Of a DNA stretch of 64,000 nt, positions 38,959 through 49,973 are shown piece after piece. This DNA comes from an uncultured Ignavibacteriota bacterium (GTDB taxonomy: Bacteria > Bacteroidota > Ignavibacteria > UBA10030 > BY39). Every line of letters starts with the position of its first letter. Position 1 is the first letter of the stretch. A model generated the notes under the pieces. It was not told the origin of the DNA. It did not search any database and worked only from the letters and a program-made list of their open reading frames with translations. The stretch is taken from assembly GCA_947085405.1 (NCBI GenBank), contig CAMTWO010000013.1, positions 84,193 to 148,192 on the forward strand, given 5' to 3'. A program made the translations under genes and the position numbers.

Positions 38959-41163
38959 ATGTTTAAACAATCCGAACATTCGTATCAGGAAAATACTTCG
39001 ACAATTTCCACGCAAGAAGTTACACTACATATTTCAGGTCTGAAATGTGCCTCGTGTGCATCTATTATTGATGAGTCTCTCAAAAAAACCGAAGGTGTTA
39101 TCGCATCAAATACTTCCTATGCAACTGATACTTGCAAGATAGTATACGACCCGTCAAAAATTTCAAAAAAAACCTTCCTCTCACAAATCAAAAATTTAGG
39201 ATATACTGCTAGCGAATATTTCGGCGACGAAAACTTTAAAACCGAACAACGTAAAACCTTAATTCGTTTTGGTATTGCGGCTCTTATCTCAATGAACATA
39301 ATGATGATGACGGTGCCACTCTACTGGGATTACTTCGAACAAATGGATTCACGTGTCGTATCTCTTTTCGGCTGGCTGATGTTCATCTTATCTATTCCGG
39401 TTCTTTTTATTGCCGGACTGCCTGTAATGAAAAAAGCAGTAACAAGCATTTTCCGCGGTCGTCCGGGAATGGAAACATTAATCGGCATAGGTGCTGGTGC
39501 AGCTTTCATTTATAGCACATTCGAACTCATATTTGTCCCCAACCCACATCTTTATTACGATACAGCGACATCGCTTATTGTTATCATTTTGTTTGGGAAA
39601 TTTGTCGAGAACTTTTTTCGATACAAAGCCTCCGGAGCAATTAACAGATTATACAGCGTCCTACCTAAAAAAATTCGCACTCGCGATTTGATGCACAATA
39701 TCAAATGGGTTGCAGCCGATGAACTTAAAGCCGAATCAGTTTTTGAAGTTCACTCAGGTGAAACTATTGCTGCCGATGGTGAAGTAATTGGAGGTAACGC
39801 AAACGTGGATGAATCGATGTTCACGGGTGAAGCAAAAGGAGTTGTAAAAAATACCGGAACCAAAGTTTACTCTGGATGTATTATTAAAAGTGGTTTTCTG
39901 CAAATAAAAGCATCTGTAACGGCAAAAAACTCTGCCCTCTCTACTATCGTGAAATGGATAGAGGATTCGCTGCAAAAAAAATCGGCGCTGCAAAGTTTTA
40001 GCGATAAAGTAGCACGATATTTTGTTCCTGCAATATTCTTGCTCTCAGCACTCACGCTCGTCGCTATGCTGTCCTTCGGGTTAAATTTTGAAACGAGTTT
40101 TTTGCGTGCTCTGACTGTCATGGTCATTGCGTGTCCTTGTGCGTTGGCTATCGCTGTTCCGGTTACTATTGTAACCTCGCTCGGTACGCTTGCCAAGAAT
40201 GGAATCTTCATACGAAATCCTGATATGTTTCAACTTCTCAGGAAAGTGAACGATGTTGTATTCGATAAGACCGGAACACTTACCTACGGAAAATTTTCTG
40301 TTATCGGATACAAGAATATGATTGAATCGGAACAAGCAGAAAAAATATTGAACGAGCTTGAAACCTATTCTTCGCATCCGGTAGCTGAAGCTATAAAAGA
40401 ATATTTTGGAGGGAAAGCCGAAAAAGTTAAAGTCGAGAATGTGAATGTTCACCCGCATGGTGTCATTGGAATGCACAACTTTCAGCAATGGACAATCGGC
40501 AGCGAAGAAATGTTCGGTTCAGATAAATATGAACTAAAAAGAGATTCACAAAAACACAGATTGAATGGTCATACAGTAGTTTACTTCGGAAGGGATTCAA
40601 AAATAGAAGGATATTTATGGATTGGCGATGTTGCGCGAGAGAAGGTAACGACTTTAATCAGCAGTTTGAGCAAGATAGGAAAACGGGTTCATATTATTTC
40701 CGGAGATAAAACCGCAACGACAGAAAATTTTGCCCGTAACGTTGGAATTGATATATTCTTGGGTGAAACATCACCGAAAGAAAAAATAGACTACATCAAA
40801 CAATTAAAGATGAAAGCCCCGGCGAAAACTGTAATGATGATTGGCGATGGTATTAACGATGCGGCAGCTTTAGCCGAAGCTGATATCGGAATCGCATTAA
40901 GCAGCGGAACTGATTTAGCGAAGGCATCCTCATCAATCATTATATTCAAAAATTTTTTAGATAAAATTCCTCTGCTTATCAATTATGCAAAGAGAATAAA
41001 TACAATCACGTTACAAAATTTTTCTTGGGCAGTTGTGTATAACATAGTTGGCGTGGGATTAGCAATCTCAGGAATGTTAAATCCGTTGATAGCTGCAATT
41101 ATGATGATGTTGAGCAGCATAACAGTTGTAGTAAATTCGCTTAGGTTGGTTGTGTTTAAATAA
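38959..41163 (+). CDS. copA: Heavy-metal (Cu+/Ag+) translocating P1B-type ATPase
   Basis: It has an HMA domain with CASC, a CPC motif in TM6 (VIACPCALAIA), DKTGTLT, and GDGINDA. The start is chosen at the ATG preceded by a GGAGGG SD, whereas the longest ORF begins with GTG at 38905. Confidence 0.85.
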   Translation: MFKQSEHSYQENTSTISTQEVTLHISGLKCASCASIIDESLKKTEGVIASNTSYATDTCKIVYDPSKISKKTFLSQIKNLGYTASEYFGDENFKTEQRKTLIRFGIAALISMNIMMMTVPLYWDYFEQMDSRVVSLFGWLMFILSIPVLFIAGLPVMKKAVTSIFRGRPGMETLIGIGAGAAFIYSTFELIFVPNPHLYYDTATSLIVIILFGKFVENFFRYKASGAINRLYSVLPKKIRTRDLMHNIKWVAADELKAESVFEVHSGETIAADGEVIGGNANVDESMFTGEAKGVVKNTGTKVYSGCIIKSGFLQIKASVTAKNSALSTIVKWIEDSLQKKSALQSFSDKVARYFVPAIFLLSALTLVAMLSFGLNFETSFLRALTVMVIACPCALAIAVPVTIVTSLGTLAKNGIFIRNPDMFQLLRKVNDVVFDKTGTLTYGKFSVIGYKNMIESEQAEKILNELETYSSHPVAEAIKEYFGGKAEKVKVENVNVHPHGVIGMHNFQQWTIGSEEMFGSDKYELKRDSQKHRLNGHTVVYFGRDSKIEGYLWIGDVAREKVTTLISSLSKIGKRVHIISGDKTATTENFARNVGIDIFLGETSPKEKIDYIKQLKMKAPAKTVMMIGDGINDAAALAEADIGIALSSGTDLAKASSSIIIFKNFLDKIPLLINYAKRINTITLQNFSWAVVYNIVGVGLAISGMLNPLIAAIMMMLSSITVVVNSLRLVVFK

Positions 41164-41184
41164 TTTAAATCAAAAAGGTAATTT

Positions 41185-44022
41185 ATGGATCGAAAAACTT
41201 TTTTACAGATTCTCGGATTAACAGGCGCCGGAATAGTTTCAGGATGTAAAACTGATACTCAAAGGTTAATAATTCCATACGTTATTCCGCCTCAAGAAAT
41301 CGTTCCGGGAATTGCAAACTGGTATGCATCTTCTTGTCGGGAATGTCCCGCCGGCTGCGGTCTGTTAGTTCGATGCAGAGAGGGGAGAGCAGTTAAAGTT
41401 GAAGGTAATCCTGAGCATCCGATTAATCAGGGTAAACTATGCGCTCGTGGACAGGCGACTTTGCAGGAATTATACAACCCCGACAGGTTGATAACCGCCC
41501 AAATGCGAAATGCAGAAGGGAACTTTGTTTCTCTCGAAACAGAAATTGCAATTAAACAAATCGGCAATCATGTAAAAAGTTTAGTATCCCAAAAAGCAGC
41601 AAAAGAAATTGCAATGATTACATCATTGAATAGTGGTTCGCTAGCTAATTGTGCAGATGAGTTTATGAATTCTATCGGTGGTGAAAAACCGGTTATTTAC
41701 GAAGCGGTAAATTACTCGGCAATCAAGTCGGCGTGCAATAAAGTGTTTGGTAAGAATATAGTTCCAAAGATGTCGCTTCAGGATGCTGATATGATTCTCT
41801 CAATTGGAGCTGATTTTTTGGAGACCTACGTCTCGCCCGTTGAGTTTGCACGACAGTTTGCAGATAACAGCGATGCGAAAGAAGGGCGAAAGAGCGTTTT
41901 CATTTATGCGGGGGCGACACTCTCGATGACAGGGAATGTAGCTGATAAATGGATTCAGATTCCGGCAGGAGGCGAAAAGCTGTTTGCCTTATCTCTTCTC
42001 AACGAAATCTGTAAACTCAATCCTAATCCGATTGCAAAAAACTTCAGCGAAGGTTTCAGTGCTGATAGTGTAGCTGGTAAAATTTTCATTTCACCAAACG
42101 ATATAAAACAGACGGCTAAACTTTTAGTCAAGGCAAAACGCCCCATCGTAATGGGTGGTCTGATGTGCGATGAAGAAACTCAAATTGCTATTATGCTCAT
42201 CAACAGTATTATCGGTGCAATTAGCAAAACAGTTTTCCTCAACAATCCACTCTCATATTCAAACATCTCAACAGATGAAGAGGTTGAAGCATTAATAAAA
42301 AAATGTTTGGAAGGTACGATTGATACACTTTTCATTCTCCAGACAAACCCGATATTCACGATGCCTAAACATTTCCGCTTCGATGAGGCACTGAAGAAAA
42401 TTCGTATGGTAGTTGCATTCACACCGATGCTGAACGAAACGACCGAGTATTCAAATTATGTAATTCCCACAAACACCCCACTTGAAGATTGGGACGAATA
42501 TCAACCCGATGCTTCAATCAGAAATTATCAACAACCTGTAATGGAGAGTGTTTTCGGAGTATCATCGACCGGCGATTACCTACTTGAAATATTTAAGTCA
42601 GTAACAGGTAAAACATTAAACAATTCAGCGACATATTACGATTTTATACGGGCTAATTCAAAATCTTCTGACGTAGAATGGAAACAAATTTTAGGGAAAG
42701 GGTTTTCATCCAAAAATATTTCTGTGTCTGAAACTCCCAAAATTTTAGCGGCAAATTTACTGAAACCAAAAATTCAAGCAATGAATTTCGATGCTATTTA
42801 TTTTATAACTACTCCATCTTATAAATACTACGACGGTCGGGGTGCAAACAAGCCGTGGATCAGCGAAATTCCCGATGCTTCATCTTCAATAGTTTGGGAA
42901 AATTATGTATCCCTCAACTCAAAATATGCCGAGTTGCATGGAATAAAAAATCACGATATTGTTGAACTCACAACCTCTGAAGGAAGTATAGAGATTCCCG
43001 CCAAAGTTTCAACAGACATCGAGTATCACAGCGTTGCAATTGCATTTGGTTTCGGGCATACAAAGTTTGGACGCTATGGAACGAATGTCGGATTTTCTCC
43101 CCTACCGTTGTTGAGCAAAAATCTCTGGTCAGCATCTACTATCAAAATTAAAAACACAGGTAAGTGGACCCGGCTGATTAGTCCGAGCGATACTGACCTA
43201 CAATATCAACGGGGAATTTCACAAGCGGTACTTTTATCGGAAATCGGTAAAGACAAAAAACATCACGAAGATTTGAATATGTATCCGAAAGTTCAGCACG
43301 AAACTTACCGCTGGGGTATGACGGTTGATTTGGATAAATGTATTGGATGCGGCGCTTGTATAGCAGCTTGTTATGCAGAAAATAATATCCCGACAGTTGG
43401 AAAAGAGTTGATATCAAAAGGGCGGGAAATGCAATGGCTGCGGATTGAACGCTACCGAGAAGATGAATTTGCTGATTATGGAAACCGGTATATCCCGATG
43501 ATGTGTCAGCATTGCGAGAATGCACCTTGCGAGCCTGTCTGTCCCGTTTACGCCGCATACCATAGCAAAGACGGTTTGAATGTTCAGGTTTACAACCGGT
43601 GTATCGGTACGCGATATTGTTCGAACAACTGTCCTTACAAAGTTCGCCGCTTCAATTGGTTCAGTTACGAACACCCGCATCCCACACATTTACAGTTGAA
43701 TCCCGATGTTACAGTGCGCGATAAAGGTGTGATGGAGAAATGCACATTTTGTGTACAACGAATAGTCGAGGCACGCGATAAAGCAAAAGACGAGGGCAGG
43801 TTAGTTCGAGACGGCGAAATCAAACCGGCTTGTGTGCAAACCTGTCCGACGAATGCTTTAGTTTTCGGAAATTTATTAGACGAAGAATCGTTAGTATCAA
43901 AATTAAAAAACAATCCGCGGGCATATCGTCCGATCGAAGAATATAACACCCGGTCGGCAATTACTTACCTGCAGAAAGTTGTAAAAGATGATTACGCTCC
44001 AAAGAAAAAAAATAAAGTGTGA
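41185..44022 (+). CDS. actB: Alternative Complex III subunit ActB (fused molybdopterin-like B1 and Fe-S B2 domains)
   Basis: 945 aa with a Tat-like signal (RKTFLQILGLTGAG) and a cofactor-less molybdopterin-oxidoreductase-like domain. The C-terminal domain carries four Cys clusters (CIGCGACIAAC, CQHCENAPCEPVCP, CIGTRYCSNNCP, CVQTCP). Confidence 0.85.
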   Translation: MDRKTFLQILGLTGAGIVSGCKTDTQRLIIPYVIPPQEIVPGIANWYASSCRECPAGCGLLVRCREGRAVKVEGNPEHPINQGKLCARGQATLQELYNPDRLITAQMRNAEGNFVSLETEIAIKQIGNHVKSLVSQKAAKEIAMITSLNSGSLANCADEFMNSIGGEKPVIYEAVNYSAIKSACNKVFGKNIVPKMSLQDADMILSIGADFLETYVSPVEFARQFADNSDAKEGRKSVFIYAGATLSMTGNVADKWIQIPAGGEKLFALSLLNEICKLNPNPIAKNFSEGFSADSVAGKIFISPNDIKQTAKLLVKAKRPIVMGGLMCDEETQIAIMLINSIIGAISKTVFLNNPLSYSNISTDEEVEALIKKCLEGTIDTLFILQTNPIFTMPKHFRFDEALKKIRMVVAFTPMLNETTEYSNYVIPTNTPLEDWDEYQPDASIRNYQQPVMESVFGVSSTGDYLLEIFKSVTGKTLNNSATYYDFIRANSKSSDVEWKQILGKGFSSKNISVSETPKILAANLLKPKIQAMNFDAIYFITTPSYKYYDGRGANKPWISEIPDASSSIVWENYVSLNSKYAELHGIKNHDIVELTTSEGSIEIPAKVSTDIEYHSVAIAFGFGHTKFGRYGTNVGFSPLPLLSKNLWSASTIKIKNTGKWTRLISPSDTDLQYQRGISQAVLLSEIGKDKKHHEDLNMYPKVQHETYRWGMTVDLDKCIGCGACIAACYAENNIPTVGKELISKGREMQWLRIERYREDEFADYGNRYIPMMCQHCENAPCEPVCPVYAAYHSKDGLNVQVYNRCIGTRYCSNNCPYKVRRFNWFSYEHPHPTHLQLNPDVTVRDKGVMEKCTFCVQRIVEARDKAKDEGRLVRDGEIKPACVQTCPTNALVFGNLLDEESLVSKLKNNPRAYRPIEEYNTRSAITYLQKVVKDDYAPKKKNKV

Positions 44023-45362
44023 AAGGGGAATTGATGGAAGGTTTAACATACAAACAAGTTAATGATTCTGTAATAAATACACTTGCCCCGCCGCGTAAGT
44101 TTTACTTTGCTATTGTCGGATTTTTCGCACTCCTGTTTGCTATGGGAATGAGTGTTTGGTTTTACATGATCGTTAATGGACTTGGAGTAGCGGGTATCAG
44201 GCATCCTGTTATGTGGGGTGTGTTTATTACGAACTTTGTTTTCTGGGTTGGTATTGCCCACTCAGGCACTCTGATCTCGGCGATACTTTATTTGTTCCGG
44301 GCAGAATGGCGAATGTCGATTTATCGCAGCGCCGAAGCGATGACTGTTTTTGCAGTCGCAACCGCCGGTATGTATCCGCTGATTCATTTGGGCAGAGTGT
44401 GGGTTGCCTATTGGACTTTACCTATACCGAACGAGATGCTTTTGTGGCCCAATTTCAAATCTCCATTAATTATGGACGTGATCGCAATCTCTACATATCT
44501 GACTGTAAGTGCGAGTTTCTTTTTAATCGGTTTGATACCCGATATTGCAGCGGTGCGCGAGAAAGCCACAGGCATCCGAAAGAAAATTTACACGATACTT
44601 TCTTTCGGCTGGCACGGAACGAACGAACAATGGCGGCACTACGGCAGGGCTTATCTTTTCTTCGCAGCTCTTGCAACACCGCTTGTCATATCTGTGCATA
44701 GCGTTGTGTCGTGGGACTTTGCTCTTTCGATCGTTCCCGGATGGCACAGCACGATATTCGCACCTTACTTCGTAGCCGGTGCAATTCACTCAGGACTCGC
44801 TCTCGTAATAACTCTACTCATCCCGTTACGAAAAATCTTCAAAGTCGAAAATATTATTACAATCAAAAATTTCGAAAGTATGGCAAAAGTTATTTTACTT
44901 ACAGGTTTGATTGTGGGGTACGCTTATGCAATCGAATATTTTTTGGCTTGGTATAGCGGTAACCCTTATGAACTTGCGATTTTCAAATGGCGTGCGAGTG
45001 GCGATTACGCCCCCGCATTTTGGACGATGGTAATTTGTAACAGTATCGTTCCTTTATTATTCTTCTTCAAAAAAATCAGAACATCAATTGTTGGACTTCT
45101 TGTCGTATCGATATTAATAAACGTAGGTATGTGGTTCGAGCGTTATGTAATAATTATAACTTCGCTTGCCCACGAATTTCTTCCTGCGGCTTGGGGCAAC
45201 TACTCACCAACTTGGGTTGAAATCGGGATCTCTTTCGGAAGCTGGGGTTTCTTTTTGATGTTGTTTTTCCTTTTTGCAAAATTCCTTCCTTCAATTTCAA
45301 TTACTGAAGTGAAAGAAATCCTCCCTACACCCAAAAGAAAAGGAGGCAGCAATGAACACTAA
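44019..45362 (+). CDS. actC: Alternative Complex III subunit ActC (NrfD/PsrC-like quinol-binding membrane subunit)
   Basis: 447 aa polytopic NrfD-family protein, translationally coupled to actB. Confidence 0.85.
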   Translation: MKGELMEGLTYKQVNDSVINTLAPPRKFYFAIVGFFALLFAMGMSVWFYMIVNGLGVAGIRHPVMWGVFITNFVFWVGIAHSGTLISAILYLFRAEWRMSIYRSAEAMTVFAVATAGMYPLIHLGRVWVAYWTLPIPNEMLLWPNFKSPLIMDVIAISTYLTVSASFFLIGLIPDIAAVREKATGIRKKIYTILSFGWHGTNEQWRHYGRAYLFFAALATPLVISVHSVVSWDFALSIVPGWHSTIFAPYFVAGAIHSGLALVITLLIPLRKIFKVENIITIKNFESMAKVILLTGLIVGYAYAIEYFLAWYSGNPYELAIFKWRASGDYAPAFWTMVICNSIVPLLFFFKKIRTSIVGLLVVSILINVGMWFERYVIIITSLAHEFLPAAWGNYSPTWVEIGISFGSWGFFLMLFFLFAKFLPSISITEVKEILPTPKRKGGSNEH

Positions 45363-45855
45363 AAAAATTATATCGGCTTCTTTTCTCTATGTTGACGATT
45401 TTGTAAATGTAATTAAACACTTCAAATCTGAAAAACGAAAATTCGTTACTTACTCACCAGTTCCCAATCACGAAATCGAAGAAGCTTTGGGGGCGAAAAA
45501 AAGTAAAGTCGGTTTGTTCACACTCGCCGGTGGTATTATAGGTTTGATAAGCGGATTTAGTTTAGCCGGATTTACAGCGGCAGAGTGGAATTTGGTTCTC
45601 GGCGGTAAACCTCCTGTTACTTTAATTCCTTTTGTTGTAATTGGATTCGAGTTCACGATTTTATTCGGCGCCCTCGCAACCTTGTTAGGTTTGATAATTA
45701 ACGCAAAGTTACCCTCATACAAAAAATTAAAAGGATATAAACCTGAATTTACCGTTGACCATTTTGGAATATCTTTGGAAGCTGATGAAACAGAGGTGGC
45801 ATCGCTCACCGACTCATTTAATACCTTCGGTGCCAAGGAGGTAACCTATGAATAG
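45352..45855 (+). CDS. actD: Alternative Complex III subunit ActD (DUF3341 membrane protein)
   Basis: 167 aa with two TM helices in the DUF3341 pattern. It overlaps both of its neighbours. Confidence 0.75.
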   Translation: MNTKKIISASFLYVDDFVNVIKHFKSEKRKFVTYSPVPNHEIEEALGAKKSKVGLFTLAGGIIGLISGFSLAGFTAAEWNLVLGGKPPVTLIPFVVIGFEFTILFGALATLLGLIINAKLPSYKKLKGYKPEFTVDHFGISLEADETEVASLTDSFNTFGAKEVTYE

Positions 45856-47098
45856 AGAACAACTTAGGCAGGCACTCGCAACTTCCATTGAAGCAAACGA
45901 CAAATCACTTTTCAAACCTTACCTGATAGCTCTGCTTGCGGTAGGAGTAGTAGGATTTTTGGTCGGAATGTTGGCGGGCGAAACTCAGCAAGTGATGCAG
46001 GCATATTTGATTAACTTTGTTTTTTGGATAGGCATTGCTCAAGGTGCGGTAATACTTTCGGTTGTGCTGCGACTTACAAACGCAAAGTGGGGAAGACCGA
46101 TCATGCGGATTGCCGAAAGTGCCTCGGCGTTTTTACCGGTTACAATTTTATTGTTTATAATAATTATGCTCGGCGGTGAAAAACTATTTATCTGGATTAA
46201 TGAACCTGTGGCTCACAAAGCAGCTTATCTGAATGCACCTTTTATGTATTCTCGCGTACTCGTTTCATTGGTGTTGATGACAGTTTTGAGTTTGATTTAT
46301 GTTGGAAACTCCATTCGTAACGATCTTGCAGCAATCTATCACGGTAAAATTGTTCCTGAACATTTCAGGAAATTATTAACAAACTACGATGTCAGCCGCA
46401 TCGAAAAATCGAACGATAAGCAAACTACATTGAGCGTAATTTTAGCAATTTGTTACGCCGTATGCTATTCGGTTTTAGCAATCGATTTAATTATGTCGCT
46501 CGACCCGCATTGGGTTAGTACTCTTTTCGGGGCTTACTATTTTATCGGTTGCTTTTACACGGGGATTGCATTCACGATAATTATGGCTTCATTTTTTATC
46601 GGACGACCCGAAGGTGAAATCATCGGCAGCAAACAGTTCCACGATTTAGGAAAATTACTTTTCGGGTTTGCAATTGTCAACGGCGATTTCTTCTACTCCC
46701 AATTTCTCGTAATCTGGTATGGCAATCTGCCCGAAGAAACACATTATATAATCGAACGGACTCAACACGAACCGTGGGCAACTATGGCTTACGTCGTTTT
46801 ACTTTTATCTTTTATTGCACCGTTTATAATCCTAATCAACAAAAAAATAAAAATGAATCCGGTCGCGATGCGGTGGATATCGATTGGAATCCTCTTGGGA
46901 TTGTGGTTAGAACGAACACTTTTAATAGCCCCCTCGGTTTCCGGCAATACATCGTTCCCAAACGTTTGGATTCAAATTACAATCACACTTGGATTCTTAG
47001 GAATTATCATAACATCAATTAAATACTTTTGGTCGAAATACCCAATGGTCGTTTACGGTGATCCACTACTAAAACATAGTTTGGAAGGCGAAAAATGA
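45848..47098 (+). CDS. actF: Alternative Complex III subunit ActF (ActC paralog)
   Basis: 416 aa. It is clearly homologous to ActC: NFVFWIGIAQGAVILSVVLRL..W aligns with NFVFWVGIAHSGTLISAILYL..W. Confidence 0.75.
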   Translation: MNREQLRQALATSIEANDKSLFKPYLIALLAVGVVGFLVGMLAGETQQVMQAYLINFVFWIGIAQGAVILSVVLRLTNAKWGRPIMRIAESASAFLPVTILLFIIIMLGGEKLFIWINEPVAHKAAYLNAPFMYSRVLVSLVLMTVLSLIYVGNSIRNDLAAIYHGKIVPEHFRKLLTNYDVSRIEKSNDKQTTLSVILAICYAVCYSVLAIDLIMSLDPHWVSTLFGAYYFIGCFYTGIAFTIIMASFFIGRPEGEIIGSKQFHDLGKLLFGFAIVNGDFFYSQFLVIWYGNLPEETHYIIERTQHEPWATMAYVVLLLSFIAPFIILINKKIKMNPVAMRWISIGILLGLWLERTLLIAPSVSGNTSFPNVWIQITITLGFLGIIITSIKYFWSKYPMVVYGDPLLKHSLEGEK

Positions 47099-47634
47099 GC
47101 GAAAATACAAATATCGAAAAACCGTTCCATCCGGTTTTCAAATGGTTTTTAATTGCATCGATGTTTGGCATAACATTATGGATGCTTCATCTTGTTTATA
47201 TTCAACCTCAGCAGAGGATAGGTGTTGCCCAACCGATTCCTTTCAGCCACCGCTTGCACGTTACTGATAAACAGATTGATTGCAAATATTGCCACAGCTA
47301 CACCGACCGTTCGCAATTTCCCGGGATGCCCGCTGTGCAATTGTGCGTCAGTTGCCACAAATACATTATCCCTCAGCATCCTGAAATTAAAAAGCTACAT
47401 TCGTATTACGATAATAATAAACCGATACCGTGGAAACGTGTATTTTTTCAACCCGATTTTGTTTTCTTCAATCACAAACGACATATAAAACTCGGGGTTG
47501 AATGCAAAACCTGCCACGGCAACATCGAACAAATGGACCGCGTTACGCAAACTTTCCCGATGAAAATGGAATTTTGTGTAACCTGCCATCGGCAGAATAA
47601 AGCTTCAGTAGAATGTTATATCTGTCATCATTAA
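47095..47634 (+). CDS. actA: Membrane-anchored pentaheme cytochrome c, ActA-like
   Basis: 179 aa with an N-terminal TM helix and five CxxCH motifs (CKYCH, CVSCH, CKTCH, CVTCH, CYICH). It is coupled to actF. Confidence 0.75.
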   Translation: MSENTNIEKPFHPVFKWFLIASMFGITLWMLHLVYIQPQQRIGVAQPIPFSHRLHVTDKQIDCKYCHSYTDRSQFPGMPAVQLCVSCHKYIIPQHPEIKKLHSYYDNNKPIPWKRVFFQPDFVFFNHKRHIKLGVECKTCHGNIEQMDRVTQTFPMKMEFCVTCHRQNKASVECYICHH

Positions 47635-47652
47635 AATTGGAAGGAAACTAAA

Positions 47653-49014
47653 GTGAAATTCTACGATAAACCAAACAGCGCCGCTAAACACTTCTACCTC
47701 ACATCTGTCTTCTGGGTAGTGATTGCAACTTTATACGGATTAACAGCAGCTATTGAGTTGGTGGCTCCCGATGTATTCGGTAATATTCCCGAATTGCTGT
47801 TCAGCCGCATCCGACCAATTCATGTCAATCTCGTATTGTTCGGCTTTTTAACTCCTTCGCTAATCGGTTCGGCGTTATACATTATTCCGGTGCTGACACA
47901 AACTAAACTTCACAGCGAACGCTTGGCTAATTTTTCTGTTTTATTGTGGAATATTTTTACCACTGCTTCAGTGGTTACACTATCACTCGGACAAAATCAG
48001 GGGCGCGAGTATGCTGAGTTAATTTGGCCCATCGACATACTGGTTATTATTTGCTTTCTCATTTTATCTTATGTTGTTGTTCGGACACTTTTAGATAGAA
48101 AAGAAAACCTGATGTTTGTTTCGCTCTGGTATATTACAGGTGCATTCATCTGGACTTCAATTTTATATACACTCGGTAACGTAGTATGGAATCCGGATAC
48201 CGGTGCACTCAAAGGTGTAACCGATGCAATCTGGCTTTGGTTTTACGGACATAATATTTTCGGCTTATTATTAACTCCGCTTGCAATCGGTGCCGCTTAT
48301 TACATTATCCCACGTGTAACCGGCGCTCCGATTTACAGCCATACACTTTCACTAATCGGTTTTTGGATGCTGCTTGTAATGTACACACACATCGGAACTC
48401 ATCATTTAATTCAAGCACCTGTTCCGCAATGGCTAAAAGTAATTTCAATCGTTGACTCAATCGGAATGCTGATTCCTGTCATGACTTTTTTGGCGAATGT
48501 ATGGCTGCCGCTGAAAGACCGTTTCGGAAAAATCCACAGAGACATCGGCGGTAAGTATGTTTTTGCCGGAACAATATTTTACTTTTTAGTTTGTATCCAA
48601 GGTCCGCTCCAATCGCTTCCTTCGGTTCAACGCGTTACACATTTTAATAATTGGGTTGTTGCACACGCTCATCTCGCATTACTCGGTTTTGCTGCTTTTA
48701 TTGCAATAGGTGCAATGTATTATTTTCTTCCAAAAGTTACCGGAAGAGAAATTTACTCGAAGACACTCGCCGATTTTCAATATTGGCTGATGATGATTGG
48801 TGTGAATGGATTCTTCCTCGTCTTAACCGCAGTTGGTTTGGTGCAGGGGAGTTCGTGGTTACACGGCGAAACTATTTACCGCATTTTACCTGAGATGCAG
48901 CCATACTTTGTAATCCGAATTTTATTAGGTGTATTTGTAGTCTCCGGCTTTTTAATCGGTCTATATAATGTTGTGATGACGATATTCAAAGGGAAGGAGG
49001 TTGAATCAATATGA
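47653..49014 (+). CDS. ccoN: Heme-copper oxidase catalytic subunit, cbb3-type CcoN-like
   Basis: 453 aa with 12 TM helices. It has a conserved His in TM2, WFYGHNIFGLLLT (CuB His), an HH pair (GTHHL), and an HAH pair in a late helix. Confidence 0.75.
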   Translation: MKFYDKPNSAAKHFYLTSVFWVVIATLYGLTAAIELVAPDVFGNIPELLFSRIRPIHVNLVLFGFLTPSLIGSALYIIPVLTQTKLHSERLANFSVLLWNIFTTASVVTLSLGQNQGREYAELIWPIDILVIICFLILSYVVVRTLLDRKENLMFVSLWYITGAFIWTSILYTLGNVVWNPDTGALKGVTDAIWLWFYGHNIFGLLLTPLAIGAAYYIIPRVTGAPIYSHTLSLIGFWMLLVMYTHIGTHHLIQAPVPQWLKVISIVDSIGMLIPVMTFLANVWLPLKDRFGKIHRDIGGKYVFAGTIFYFLVCIQGPLQSLPSVQRVTHFNNWVVAHAHLALLGFAAFIAIGAMYYFLPKVTGREIYSKTLADFQYWLMMIGVNGFFLVLTAVGLVQGSSWLHGETIYRILPEMQPYFVIRILLGVFVVSGFLIGLYNVVMTIFKGKEVESI

Positions 49015-49973
49015 AAATGACAACGAGTGTTTTACTTGCAGGCACGATGATAATATTTGCAGTGATATTTGTGATTGTTGTTTTAATACCGACTTACCAA
49101 GCGGAAGTGAATCCTTCGGAGATGGTTCGTGAGCGAACAGATATCGAAGATGAAGGAAGACAAATTTATATTGCTAACGGCTGCACATATTGCCACTCGC
49201 AGTATATTCGACCGCAGGATTGGGACTTAGGGGCTGAGAGAATAGCCAAAGAAGGCGATTACGTGTTAGACGAACCGGTATTGCTTGGTTCCATTCGCAC
49301 TGGTCCCGATTTGTCGCAAGCAGGAGGCGAACATCCTGACGACTGGCATCGCGCACATTTTATAAATCCACGCTACACTCGTCCCGAATCAATTATGCCG
49401 CCATTCAAATTTTTAGGGGACGAAAAAGTAAAGTCGCTTACTGCTTATGTGCAAAGTCTCGGTGGCAAGGATGCAGACGCCCGTGTTAGCCGGCAAAAAC
49501 ATTGGCATAAAATATTAACTGAAGCTTACGAAAAAGGTCCCGATTCAAACGTCGCAACATTGCATCGCCATATTCCTGAGATGTGGATAAATATGCCGAA
49601 CCCGTATCCAGCAACCGAGGCAGGTTTGAAACGAGGCGAACGGATTTACCAATCCTTCTGTCTCGGATGCCATGGACCTGTTGGAGATGGACAAGGTCCC
49701 GCAGCTAAATATTTATATCCGCCGCCTCTTAATTTTACTGTTTTAAAAAGAACAGGTGTTTCGGGTGGAATTTTCTACTATCAAATAATGAACGGTATTA
49801 CAGGCACGGCTATGCCCTACTTCAAACGTGAACTCGAATCGGAAAAAATTTGGGATGTATCGAATTATGTGATGATAAATTTTGTAGGAAAGAACGATGC
49901 CAACACAGAACCCCGCGGTATAGATGCATCTTATGAACCGGTTGACACTTCAACAGCGAAAGGAGGTAAATAA
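49011..49973 (+). CDS. ccoO: cbb3-type oxidase diheme subunit: CcoO fused to an extra monoheme CcoP-like domain
   Basis: 320 aa with a TM anchor and CcoO/FixO signatures (NGCTYCHSQYIRP...GPDLSQAG...WHRAHFINPRYTRPESIMPPF). A second heme domain follows (CLGCHGPVGDG...GTAMPYF). Confidence 0.75.
   Translation: MKMTTSVLLAGTMIIFAVIFVIVVLIPTYQAEVNPSEMVRERTDIEDEGRQIYIANGCTYCHSQYIRPQDWDLGAERIAKEGDYVLDEPVLLGSIRTGPDLSQAGGEHPDDWHRAHFINPRYTRPESIMPPFKFLGDEKVKSLTAYVQSLGGKDADARVSRQKHWHKILTEAYEKGPDSNVATLHRHIPEMWINMPNPYPATEAGLKRGERIYQSFCLGCHGPVGDGQGPAAKYLYPPPLNFTVLKRTGVSGGIFYYQIMNGITGTAMPYFKRELESEKIWDVSNYVMINFVGKNDANTEPRGIDASYEPVDTSTAKGGK

Noticed and set aside
44043-44956. Six overlapping ORFs of 60-160 aa on both strands within the actC region, for example 44213-44701 + and 44523-44789 -.
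   Set aside because: They lie entirely inside the strongly supported ActC (NrfD-family) reading frame. They lack RBSs and have low-complexity, Arg/Cys-rich compositions typical of out-of-frame translation of a locally GC-richer gene.
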